From: Gracilinanus agilis
Taxonomy: Eukaryota
Direction: 5' to 3'
Length of the DNA stretch: 64,000 nucleotides
Assembly (NCBI RefSeq): GCF_016433145.1
Contig: NC_058132.1
Span: forward strand, 646,539,319-646,603,318
A program made the translations under genes and the position numbers. This document shows, in pieces, positions 26,236 through 37,570 of the stretch. Under the pieces are notes generated by a model that saw nothing but the letters and a program-made list of their open reading frames with translations, had not been told where the DNA came from and made no database searches. Numbering within the stretch: position 1 is the stretch's first letter; each line of letters starts with the position of its first letter.

Positions 26236-26272
26236 ACCTAAACCAAGTCATATCTTAAAAGATGTCTATGAA

Positions 26273-26299
26273 AGAGAGAGAGAGAGAGAGAGAGAGAGA
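26273..26299. repeat. (GA)n microsatellite
   Basis: Directly visible. Confidence 0.95.
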
Positions 26300-26729
26300 A
26301 TAGAACTAAAAACTTCTTTAGAGTGGGAGACATATTAATATATAAAATCAATACAATGAGCATTAATTGTTTTCCATTCAGCCCCTTATTATTTTTCCCT
26401 CATTTACCATTTAATAGTGTTTTGCAAGCCTAAAGTCACTATAGAAATGGTAGTTATAATTATAGGAGATAGTATTCATGCTGTGGCTTGAAAGGTACCC
26501 TCTACCATGTTATAGGCACATAGGCACTAGAACTAGGCTGTAAATGTCACCTAGAGACTGAATTATTGCCCTAATATTCAGTGCCATCTGGTCATCCACA
26601 AGTGGTTGAGAAGAAGGTTTTTCAAAGTGGTTCAAGGATGTGACATACCTGAGTCATGGGAAGTACCCAATAAATGTTTGTTGAATGACTGCCTGAAGGA
26701 GCTAAAGAAGGCACCCTATTAAGAGAAAG

Positions 26730-26915
26730 TCTGGCACAGTGGAAAGAAAATGATTCAGAAACCCAGGTTTCCAATCCTACCCTAGAGAGTAGCCATTTGG
26801 ACATAGTAGAGTTAGCTCCGCAGGGCTTCCATTTCTTTATCTCTAAAATGGGGAGACCAACGCCTCTAGTATGTGTCACACACAATTGTTATGAAGATCA
26901 AATTAACTAATATAT
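26730..26915 (+). mobile_element. MIR (donor of the 93-bp inverted copy)
   Basis: 'ggcacagtggaaag...acccaggtttccaatcc...tttctttatctctaaaatgggg...ttgttatgaagatcaaatta' follows MIR from head to tail. Confidence 0.75.
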
Positions 26916-27659
26916 ATTATACATATATATATATATACATATATAATACAAATCATCAGCCCTCAACTGTTCAAGAAATGACAAATATTATTGCCTTCCT
27001 TTAGGGGGTGGAAAAGTACATGTGAAGGTGTGTGAGTGTGCCCATGTACGTACGTGCACACATTTTTTTCCTAGCCAGTTTCGGTGTGAGCCCATCTTAA
27101 TTATCAGCTCCCATGAAGCCTGGATCCCTTGATGCTCCTTCACTGTGCCAGAGGTCCTTGTTCTATCTGAGGGAATGTTAACTCTACCAGGTAGATTATA
27201 TAGGCTAATTAGTAGAACTTGAACTCTGGAACCCTTCATTATGTTATAATTCCACACCACCCATCTGAAGGGGGAAAAAAGGCTCCTTCATTCATTAATT
27301 GCCTGCAGTGAAACTTCCTTGCCTTTGAACACACAGAAAGTCACAGTATTGTTAGAGGGAGAGAGGAGGAAAAGATGAGTCACTGGAGTATTTTTCTAGA
27401 GTGGTAATAGTTTGGGAGAGGCAGGGGTTGGACTCTGTCTTCAAATAGTTAATGTGTATGTCTGTGTTTATGGGTTTTTTTCTATCTGTGGTATGTGTGT
27501 GTATATGTGTGTATATATACATACACATATATATGTATTCACACACACATATACATATGTACCACTGAAGGACTATAGATTTAGCTAGAATCCAATCTTA
27601 TTTCATCCATGGAGAAACTGAGTCTGAAAAGCAATAACATTACATAGGATCGCCTAGAG

Positions 27660-27850
27660 CAGTGGTTCCCAAACTTTTTTGGCCTCCCACCCCCTTTCCA
27701 GAAAAAAATATTACTTAGCCCCTGGAAATTATTTTTTTTTAATTTTAATAGCAATTAATAGGAAAGGTAAATGCACTTGTGGCCATCACCACTCCCTGGA
27801 TCGCTGCAGCACCCACCAGGGGGCGGTGGCGCCCACTTTGGGAATCACTG
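27660..27850 (+). mobile_element. hAT-Charlie MITE (191 bp) carrying a CTCF motif
   Basis: TIRs CAGTGGTTCCCAAA / TTTGGGAATCACTG. Degenerate TSD gcctagag / gcccagat. CCACCAGGGGGCGG at 27813-27826. Confidence 0.9.
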
Positions 27851-28099
27851 GCCCAGATGCTAAGAGGCAGAATAGATAGAAAAGAAAGCTTCTTTGACTT
27901 CGGTGTGGGTGTTTGTTAGACAGAAACGCAGAGACAGAGAACTCTGGATGGTGTGATGTAGTAATAAAATCCATGACCTCAAATGTAAATACCCAAATGC
28001 ACAAACCATGACCATCAATTAAGAAGAACAGCACTTGTCTGGTGGCAAATTGGTCCTTGGAGAAGCCAGACTCAAAGGTAACATTGAGCCTGGGGGGAG

Positions 28100-28460
28100 G
28101 CAAACCATTACTGAAATGTGACTCTGGGGAGCTCGAGCCTACTCAGAAGCGGGGATGAAGGATAAGAGCATGAATAAGCAATTCTCATAGGGGGAAATCC
28201 AGCAGTAAGAGAGAAAAAGCATAATCGTGAACACTTCAAGGGGAGATCAATGGAGAGAGAAATGGGTGTTTTTGGTTGGTTTTTTTTTTGTCGTTTTATT
28301 TTTTTGTCAAAGTGTACTACAAACCACCTGAACAAAAACTGGGAACCATGGAGGAGTTTGGGAAATGTTGACAAGCATGGGACCTAAAGGCATGCTATCA
28401 CAGTGATGGGGTACTTCAATTATCCAGACATCTGCTGAAGCTCTCTCTCTGCCAAAAATC
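28100..28460 (+). mobile_element. CR1/L3 ORF2 endonuclease remnant
   Basis: Translates VYYKPP...EEFGK (from about 28313) and VMG(Y)FNYPDIC* (from 28403), matching CR1 GVYYRPP and GDFNYPDICW motifs. Confidence 0.8.
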
Positions 28461-29244
28461 CATGACTCACCTGCTCTCTGTGCCTAAAAGTAAGGGAGTG
28501 TGTTCTAATTTGTTTTTTGATTGTTTGGGGGGGCAGCATATTTTACCCCAAAACATTTGCAATATTGCATTGGCAAATATCTGTTTCTAAGAGATCATCA
28601 ACTGTGTAGCTAATTGATAATCATTTGAGAGCAAGCCAGATGAGGGTTCATGTGTGATAGACTTAGAGAAAAACGAAAACTTAGCCCTCCAGGGTTTTCC
28701 CTAGATTCCTGAGCATAAGAGTCATCAATCCTCTTGACACCCACCCTGTAAGTCACAGATGCGAATTAAGAAGCGGAGAGATGGAGTATTATAATTTGAC
28801 AAATAATTCATATATATATATACATATATTGCAAAAGATGAAGACATATGGAGGAGCAGATAATATAATTAGATTAATTGAGAACTGTTTGAATGACTAG
28901 ATTTAGAGCATGTCTGGTTCACTGTCACTTTGTCAAAAAATCTCCAGGGAGCAATATAAGATATAAAACAGATCGTTTCAATTCTATTAAATTAAAAAGG
29001 GTTTGTACAAACTAAACCAATGCAACCAAGATCAGAAGGAAAACAGAAAGCTGGGGTGGAGGTGTTTCATACCCAAATATTTCCAATAAAGGTCTCATTT
29101 CTCAAATATATAGAGAAATGAGTCAAATTTATGGAAAAAAGTCATCCTATTGGTAAAGGCTCAAAAACATATGAACAGGCAGTTTTCAGATGAAGGAATA
29201 AAAACTATCTGTAGTCATGAAAAAAATGCTCTCGACAACTCTTG

Positions 29245-29443
29245 TTTTTTTTTAACCCTCACCTTCCATCTTGGAGTCAATCCTGTGTATTGGTTCCAAG
29301 GCAGAAGAGTGGTCAGGGTAGGCTATGGGGGTCAAGTGACTTGCCCAGGGTCGCTCCGCTGGGAAGTGTCTGAGGCCAGATTTGAACCCAGGACCTCCTG
29401 TCTCTAGGCCTGGCTCTCACTCCACTGAGCTACCCAGCTGCCC
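29245..29443 (-). mobile_element. SINE1_Mdo-like SINE (long-tail variant)
   Basis: T-tail at 29245 and head end 'cagctgccc' at 29443. TSD ctctcgacaactcttg (29229-29244) / ctctcaataactcttg (29549-29564). Confidence 0.92.
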
Positions 29444-29448
29444 TCGTT

Positions 29449-29541
29449 CCCCATTTTAGAGATAAAGAAATGGAAGCCCTGCGGAGCTAACTCTACTATG
29501 TCCAAATGGCTACTCTCTAGGGTAGGATTGGAAACCTGGGT
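29449..29541 (-). repeat. Perfect 93-bp inverted duplicate of 26761-26853
   Basis: Base-by-base reverse-complement identity, 93/93. Confidence 0.95.
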
Positions 29542-30959
29542 CTGCCTCCTCTCAATAACTCTTGATTAGAGAAATGCAAATTAAAACAACTCTGAGGTAC
29601 CACCTCCCACCTACTGGATTGGTTTACATGACAGAAAAGGAACATGATAAGTGTTGGAAGGAATGTGGGAAAAAATAGACACTAATGGATTGATGGTTGA
29701 GCTGTGAGGTGGTTCGACCATTCTGGAGAGCAGTTTGTAACTATGCCCAAAAGGCATTAAAACTCTGCTTGCCCTTTCATCCAGCAGTACCACTACTAGG
29801 GCTCTATTCCAAAGAGATTTTTTTTTTAAGGAAAAGGATCTATTGGCATGAAAATTATTTGTAGCAGCCCTTTTTTGTGGTAGGAAAGGAGACTGAGGGA
29901 ACTTCCCTCTATTGGAGAATGGCTGAGTAAGTCGTGATATAGTATTGTAATGGAATATTATTGAATTATAAGAAATAATGGGCAGAATCGCTTCAGAAAA
30001 ATCTGGGAGGACGTATTAACTGATGAAATGAAGTGAGCAGAACCAGAAGAATATTGTACACAGAAACAGCAACATTGTATAATGAGCAACTTTGAAGGAT
30101 CTAGCCATTCTCAGCAATAGAGTGATCGGAGGCAATCGCAGATAAAAAAGGTGATCTAACTGCAGACAAAGAACTGATGTCATCTGAATGCAGACCAAAA
30201 CATACTCGATTTCCCTTCCTTTTCTCTTCTTTTTTGCTCAAGATCTCTCTCACTAATAGGACAAACAAATCGTTTTATGTGACTACGTATAAAATCTCTG
30301 TAAGATCCTTTGTGGTCTCAGGGAGGGAGAAAGCCAGGAAAGTCAGGGAGGGAAATATTTAAATTCAAAAATTTTGTAAAGTGGGTAACTTGCTTTCACA
30401 TGCCTTTGGGAATAATAGAAGAGAACGACGTCTCCAAGGATCTCCGTTTGGCCTCCGAGCTGACCTCGGCTTTGCAATGTCTTTGATGCACAATTTCCAG
30501 GTTCACAGGAGACACCAAATGAAAGGGCTAACGGCTAAGAGGGATGACGGACTGAAGATCCAAAGAGCAGCCTAAGAGCATTGGTCTGGCGCTGAGGACG
30601 TGCCATTCAATAGGGCTAAATCTAAAGCTCCATGGTTGAAAAAGAGAAAATATCACTCCAGCATATTGACTTTTTTCACTTGATTTTTCCTCATTTTGTG
30701 TTTCTTGCAACATGGCAAAGATGGAAAAACCTTTCATTTCACTTCACATGTGAAACTGATGACAATCGCTTGTCTTCTCGATGGAAATCAATTTTAAAAA
30801 TGTTCGAAACAAAGAAAATAAAAATTAAATCGGCTTCACAATTACAAAAGAGAGAGCGTAATAGTATAATATAATATAATAGCATAATAGGCTAACTGGA
30901 CAGCGTTCCAGGGATGCCTGGCTGCTTGGAGGTGAACCTTCTCAGGAGGAGATGTCCTT

Positions 30960-31660
30960 AGTCCTGGGGCCCCTGTCCTGGCCAGATGCCGTCTAGGGCA
31001 CTGTATTCAAATCTTGTCACTGCCATTTTGGAAGGACATTGAACGTGGGAGAAGATCCAAGGGAGGAAAAGGAGGAGAATAGAGGATCCTGAGTTCGAGC
31101 AAGATGAGTACCAAATAAAGGGTGTGAGGCTGCAGAAGAGAAGATTGACGGCGAATGTATCTGTATGTAAGCATCCGAGAGACTGGCATGGAGACCTTTT
31201 GTGCGGGACCCCAGAAGTCATAAGCACGAGTGATGGGTGAAAAATTCAAGGGAGGGACAGAAAGGCTGGCAAAGCTCCTACTGTGTGTCAGGGACTGAGC
31301 TAAGCAGTTGGTGTTTTTTTTTTTTTTACAAATATTCTTTGTCCTTCGATCTTCAAAACAATCCTGGGAGGTAAATCCTGTCGGCCCCATTTTACAGTTG
31401 GGCAAACTGAGGTAGCAGACATTAAGGGAGCTGCACAGGATCCCACGACTAGTAAGCATCGGAGGCTGAATTTCATCTCAGGTATTCTGGACTGCAGGAC
31501 CAGAGCTCTAACCGCTGGGCCACCAGCCACTTCTCTAGACCAAAAGTCTCTGCCTACAAAAGGTTTCTAAAACCTGAAGCTGTTTCCCAGTGGAATGGGC
31601 TGCCCGGAGCGAGGGCTCTTCAAGCAGAAGCAGGACATCCACTGGTGGGATCGGTTAGAA
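30960..31660 (+). mobile_element. CR1/L3 3' fragments with an inserted MIR (about 31250-31540, minus strand)
   Basis: 'tattcaaatcttgtcactgccattttggaaggacattgaac' and 'ggaatgggctgccc...ctcttcaagcagaagcaggacatccact'. Confidence 0.6.
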
Positions 31661-32118
31661 CAGAGATTCCTTTTCTACACGGCTCAGAGTTTCCGTCCAC
31701 ACACACACGCACATGTGTGTGCGCCAGGACACGTGTGTGTCTTCTGCAAACACGTCAGGATGCCCCCCTCTCTCCTTCAGGCCTAGAACAGGATTCTGTT
31801 CCTCAGGCTTGGCGTGGCGCTCCCAGCAGGGAGCCCGGCTCCGGCCAAGCCCCATCTCTGGACAGACACCTGACGGCTTCCCTGGGGAGGCTCCCCAGGA
31901 GGCACCATTTCCGACCAGGATTATTCTCTGCAAGACAATTTCCTGAGCAGCCCAGGAGGCCGGGGAGAAGCCCTGCTCTTCGGGAGGGAGGGAGGGAAGG
32001 AGGGAGGGAGGCCGCTTGTTTTTCAGACCTTCTCACGGAAGCTGAGCTCTTTCCTGAGGCCACTCTTCAAATGGGACGTTTATTCAGAGTTTTGTAGAAG
32101 AGATACTGGGGGGGGGAG

Positions 32119-32307
32119 GGGGGCGGCAAAGTGGCTCAGTAGATGGAGAGCCGGCCCAGAGGCAGGAGGTTCTGGGTTCAAATCTGCCCTCAGACACTTC
32201 CTAGCTGTGTGACACTGGGAGAGTCACTTACCCCCAATGCCTAGATCATTCTGCTCTTCAGCCTTGGGACCAATACTCGGTGTTGATTTTAAGACGAAAG
32301 GCAAGAG
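32119..32307 (+). mobile_element. Diverged SINE1_Mdo-like SINE
   Basis: 'gtggctcagtagatggagagc...ctgggttcaaatctgccctcagacacttcctagctgtgtg'. Confidence 0.85.
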
Positions 32308-32419
32308 TTTAGAAAAGCAAACAAACACCCGATGACTTGTCGGGTGTATTTTGCTTGGCAGGGGATGCTGCTTTGTTCAATCGGGGCTCAGAAAAGGTGG
32401 TTTCTGATATGCCAATAGA

Positions 32420-33900
32420 CTGGGGACTCCTGGGTCCACCCCTCTCGTTATACACAAGAGGAAACTGAGCCCCGGAGAAGGGAAGCAACTTGTCCAAGGA
32501 AGGCCCATAGTAAGTGTCCCCAGAGCCTTCGGAGTCCCTGCTCCAGTCACTGCACCGGGAACCTTTCCTCTCTTTCCGGGACTCTGTTTCTGTGATTCAA
32601 GGCCTTTCCCAATGTCAGACAACATGACACAGTGGAGCTCGACAACCGGGCTGCGAATCCCACCTCAGATATGTCCTGGCTGTGGGACCCTGGACAAGTC
32701 ACACGAGCTCCCTTTGCCTCCGTTTCCTCTACCCAAAGGGGATGATAATAGTGGCTACGTCTCAGGACGCTGAGGATCCAATGAGATGAAACCTCATTTA
32801 TAGGTCCCCAGAGCTAGAGCGGTAAAGGGGCTGGTCTGAGCCCCGGACTCTACAGACCCAGAGTTGGGCAGTTAGATCCTTCCTCAGGGTCTTCCTTCCT
32901 TCCTTCCTTAGGTCAGAAGAAGTTTTCTTAGAACTTTTAGTTAGGATCGGGACTTGAGCCTCCCTTTCCTCCGTTCTCTCTCCTCTCTGAACTTTACTCA
33001 AAATGGACGAATTGTTCTGTGTTTTATCAAGCTGCTCTCCTGCCCCACCCAAAACATTAACCCTTCACCCTCACAAGGTCACCCACGTGGGGTCCTGGAT
33101 CTAGACCAGAAGGAGCTTCAGAGGCCCCCACCTCCACGGCCCCGGCTCTGCACATCAAGGAGCTGAGAGAGAAGAACCTGGAGTAGCTCCCCCAGAGTCC
33201 AGGGGCCAGGAAGGCCTTCCTGACGTGCAGGCCGGGCCCTCCTCTGCCCACCCTACCACCCTGCCTTTGGAAAGGGTAGACGACCCAGGCAACCAGGAGC
33301 GCCATCGCCCCCATCTTTGATGGGGAGCACTAAGAATCCGACCCGGACTTTTGACTCCAGATGCGGAGCTCCGACCCCATTAAAGTGGCTTGTGGTTGGA
33401 GACTGTCCTGCTCATTCCTTGAGATAATTGGAAACACCCCGAGAGCTTGCAAAATAAAGGCTGGGAAGGGCTCTTGAGAAGGTTTTAGGATTTTGCAAAG
33501 CCTCGAGATCCCGCCCAACTGGAAGCACGAAGGGCCCAGGAGCTGTGGTTATGAAACGCTCCTGACAGTCGGAGGATTCATTGATTTTCATCAAGGCCTG
33601 AGCACTGGCGATGCTGCCGGCGCTGTCCTGAGTGCTCGGCATACAAGCAGGCGAAAGGGAAGCAGGAGAGGCTAGTTCTTGACCGACCTCAAGGAGCTCC
33701 CATGGAAATGAGGGAAGACAAAGCCCCGAAAGGAGAGAGAAGAGAAGGCAGGTAAGGAGGTCCGAGCGTGGCGTGGAAGCCCCGCCTGGGCCCCTTCCCC
33801 AAATGGAACACCAGAAGGGGCTCGCCAATGGGTGACGGGGGGTTGCGGCCTGGAGAAATATTGCAGGGTGAGGCAGCTCCGAGAATGGACGGCTCGTCCC
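32420..33900. mobile_element. GC-shifted MIR (about 32420-32580, 32630-32790) and L2 (about 33565-33900) remnants
   Basis: MIR 'ctgtgggaccctggacaagtcac...cgtttcctc'. L2 'gagcactggcgatgctgccggcgctgtcctgagtgctcggcatacaag...gacctcaaggagctcccatggaaatgagggaagaca'. Confidence 0.6.
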
Positions 33901-35006
33901 GAGTGAGGAGGCCCCCGTGCTGAGGAAGCTTCCAGAGGGAGACTTCTGAGTCATACTGTGGCAACCTACGATTGAGAAGCACAGAAGGGTGGGCCACGGC
34001 AAGCTGCCCCAGCCATTGGAGATTTTCTCCATGGCGATGCTGTCCTACGTGCGTTCTGCAGGAGGTACCAATATTGTCAAGTTTTCCATCTGGGAAAGTC
34101 CTGCATTGCTTGGAATTCCTCCTTCTCGGTTCCTGACAGTGAGTGCAGCTCGACCCCGGGCTTCCACACCCCAGGAGGAAAAGACACCTCTGGGTCCTCG
34201 TGGAGAACGTGCCGAGCTTCAAGCTGCCCCATGCCCACAGATGGAGACAGAGTTCTTCTTCCAGCTCAATCCTAGCTACCTCACACGCTCACCCAACGCT
34301 CTCAGGAGGCTCAAGCCGAGGGTTGAAGGAAGACCAAGGGAGGAAAGAGTTCAATCAGGGTATCAACCAAGTTAAAGCAACAGCATCCAGTATCTCGGAA
34401 AGGAAATTATTCGCTCCCAAGAGCCTGTGGGATGATCATCACTGATCATTTCCTCCCTTTATGGCTCATGTCTAGACAAAATAAAACTCTTCGATGTTTA
34501 TAAAGAATATTTCCAGGCTGGAAATATTCTTTCCCCACGTTACAGCCTGGAGGGAATGTTTTCTGCTTAAATTATTTAAATTTGGAGAGGCGGAGGAAAG
34601 TGTCGCGTGTCTAGATCTCCATGGCAGGCTGGTGGGCACATCTAGTCACAAAAATGGCTGGAGCGTCATTCTCTCCGGGACATTTGTGCCTTCTCTCAGC
34701 CTTTCCCTGGGTATTTTTTTTCCCTTTCCTTTTCCCTTTTCTTCTATCACGAGCTACTCTCCAACCCTAATGGACCTGAAAAATATTTGAGAATTTGTTA
34801 AATGAGGTGCCAAACTGTGAATTGAGGGATCCTTTGAGGGGGGTCAGTGAGAGCTATTTATTCTGACACTTCAGAAATTATCCCCATGGAAAAGCATCAC
34901 TTCAAGATTCAATCATGTCTTGTGGGATGACTGAGGGGAAAAACTCCCCACACTTGGCAGCATTTTTCTTCTTTAAACCTTAATGTGGCATTTCTGTTTT
35001 TCAAAG

Positions 35007-35054
35007 GTGTTGGGTCATTTCGACAAACATTCCAGCCTGGTGAATCAGGCACTG
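35007..35054 (+). other. Candidate isolated 48-nt exon
   Basis: Acceptor catttctgtttttcaaag| and donor CTG|gtaagt. Length is a multiple of 3 and two frames are open. No partner exons identified. Confidence 0.3.
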
Positions 35055-36636
35055 GTAAGTTGTTAGGGGTAAACAGACTTTTGCCTGATGGTCCTTTTAC
35101 TGCTACAAACTTTGATGAGCTAATTCTATCCTAGAAGTCATTGTAGCTGACAACGTAACAACAACAACAATAATATTTTTGTTCTAGACTTGTAATTTAA
35201 TTAGTACAGGAAATGTTGAACCAAGATATTTGCTTTACCCATGCAGTTTAACAACTGGGAAGAAGCTTGAGTCTGTTGCCTGAGGCTCTGAGAGTTTGTC
35301 CAGAGTTACACAGCCAAGAAGGTATCCTTGGTGAGACTTGAATCTAGAGCTTCTTGACAACTCTCCTGAGAGCAGCCTGCTCTCTCCAGATGACGGACTG
35401 CCTCAAAAGCACAAAACACCATCCGGGTCACAAAAGGTTGGAGGAGCAGAAACATCACCAATGGATCAATCAATCAGCTTTTGTTAAGCACCTACTCAGG
35501 GCTGGCTACTGTGCTAAGCACTAGGAATGCAGATACCGAATATACTCTGACAATAGTTTGAGCTTCTGACGCGAGGTATGGGCAAGAACAATAGGAATAA
35601 ACTTGGGAAATTCAGCATTCGCTAGTGGTCTACCCTTACTTGATCTGTGTACTTCTATGGCTCAAGGCAGAGAGATTTTCCTTTTCAGTATCGTCTATGG
35701 TCAACTGTGATTTTGACAATAACACATTATGACCAGAGTAAGAAGAGAGGCTCGGACTGGGCAGCTGAGACCCTTCCAGGTGGAGATCTAAGATCCCCAG
35801 AGTCCATAGCTTTTAGGTTGGATTAGAACTTTTAACTCTATGATCCTGTGATGCCGGGATTGTGTTATCTTATGATGAGAGGAATAAATCGGCCCTGGAA
35901 TTGAATGCGTGATGGCAGAAGTCAATTCCAAGGGGTGGGGGGGGAGTAAAAGTGATGATGAAAACAACCATATTTCAGCCCTACACAACACTGGTCACCT
36001 CTATTCATAACAGAGGCCCTGCCTCGGGATTTTCACGTTTTCTTTTTTAGAAGTGCAGCTTTGGGCCCTCCATTGTCCTGTTGGTTGAGTCTCTCCCCAC
36101 CCTGTATTTAGCAAAGACATCAGCTGTACTTCGCTTCATTCCTTATTCCCCAGCGTCCTTCTGGACAGCCTGGCCAAACATTTTCAGCCTGGCTCATGCC
36201 ATTCCTAACCCCAGGCCTCCTCCAGTTCCAGAAGGAAATCAATGTTCTCATCCTTCCTGACGCAGCCGTGTCCATCTATGTCCTTATGCTCTTTGGGGCC
36301 CCTTTTCCACTGGTAACTTTCCTAAAACTTCCTTTTTTAGCAAATGTCCAGATAAGCCACCTCACCCAGACTTAACCGCCATCCTCTCTACCCGTTTTGT
36401 ATATGTTATCTTTCCCCCGTTAGAATGAAAGCCTTTTGGACTCCCTTCTCTATATTCTCCATCCTTTTCATTTCAGGACTAAAGTGCCCTGCCCTGGACA
36501 CTCCTCCACTCTATTTGTGCTATTGACCCCAGTTAGAGTATAAGTTACTTGTGGGTAGGGATTCCCTTTATTTTTACACTTGTATCCCCATGTGGCATAC
36601 TCTAAGTATTTACTGATTCCTTTTGTCCTCCCACTC

Positions 36637-36671
36637 CATTCATTCATTCATTCATTCATTCATTCATTCAT
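36637..36671. repeat. (TTCA)n repeat next to a minus-strand MIR (about 36680-36890)
   Basis: Directly visible. Confidence 0.85.
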
Positions 36672-37389
36672 AATCCCTCGTCTTTTTAAGTGTGAATATT
36701 ACTTTCCATACATTATCTAAGTATGGCCTACAGCAGGCCTTTAATGTAGGTGTTACAGGTATTTTTCTTCCCATTTTAAAGGTGAGAAAACTGAGTCAGA
36801 GATAAGAGTGTTGCCACAATCACAGAGCTAATAATACATTAAGTGCCAAAGACAAGACTTGAATCCAAGTTTTTTGGATCGCAACTTCAGCACATTCCTT
36901 ATTATATAATAAGTAAAAGGAAGCTCATCTTATTTAAACTACTCATAGGCGGGGAATCAAAAACTATTTGGGGTCATCTTACTCTATTATGGTCCACGTG
37001 TAAGGTGATCCAACTCCCTTGTCCACTACAGTATACAATTGTACGGCACCTGGTGGCTGAAAGTAACCCAGACCGAGAGATCAGGCTACCTCGATTAGAT
37101 TTAACAACTACTGTTTCATGCATCCAAATTGGAAGCAAGGCCCTGAGATACGGGAGCAAAGGAGAAACGTGCTGCCTCTCTCTCTAGGAGTATGAATGCT
37201 GAATCCATTTGTATGTTGTTGGCAAACACCATAGTCAAACTGACCTCTTAAGAGATTTTTTTTTCTATTTCTCTTTGAATCGTATGATTACTGAACCAAA
37301 TCTCCCACCTCAGAAAAGAAAGGAATGATCATCTTTAGTATTTAGTCATGAGTAGAAAATAATTATTTTTATAATATTAAAAATAAATT

Positions 37390-37570
37390 GGGGCAGCTGG
37401 GTAGCTCAGTGGATTGAGAGTCAGGCTTAGAGACAGGAGATCCTAGGTTCAAGTCTGGCCTCAGCCACTTCCCAGCTGTGTGACCCTGGGCAAGTCACTT
37501 GACCCCCATTGCCCACCCTTACCACTCTTCCACCTATGAGACAATACACCGAAGTTAAGGGTTTAAAAAA
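37390..37570 (+). mobile_element. SINE1_Mdo-like SINE
   Basis: Full head, B-box and A-rich tail. Confidence 0.92.

Larger units (their letters stand above)
28960..30380 (+). mobile_element. L1 ORF2 3' part and 3'UTR, interrupted by a SINE and the templated insert
   Basis: 'attaaattaaaaagggtttgtacaaac...gagaaatgcaaattaaaacaactctgaggtacc...ggagaatggctgagtaag'. Confidence 0.88.

Noticed and set aside
28471-28483. 13-nt minus-strand microexon (ccccttacttttag|gcacagagagcag|gtgagt)
   Set aside because: Not frame-preserving, adjoins a CR1 remnant, and has no supporting neighbouring exons.
33412-34222. 206-aa and 177-aa minus-strand ORFs
   Set aside because: They largely overlap a GC-shifted L2 remnant; low stop density is expected at this GC content and no domain is recognisable.
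34143-34445. HLWVLVENVPSF as motif VI (ENV) of a C5 DNA methyltransferase
   Set aside because: No upstream PCQ/PC motif IV and no downstream motifs VIII-X in any frame; a 3-residue coincidence.
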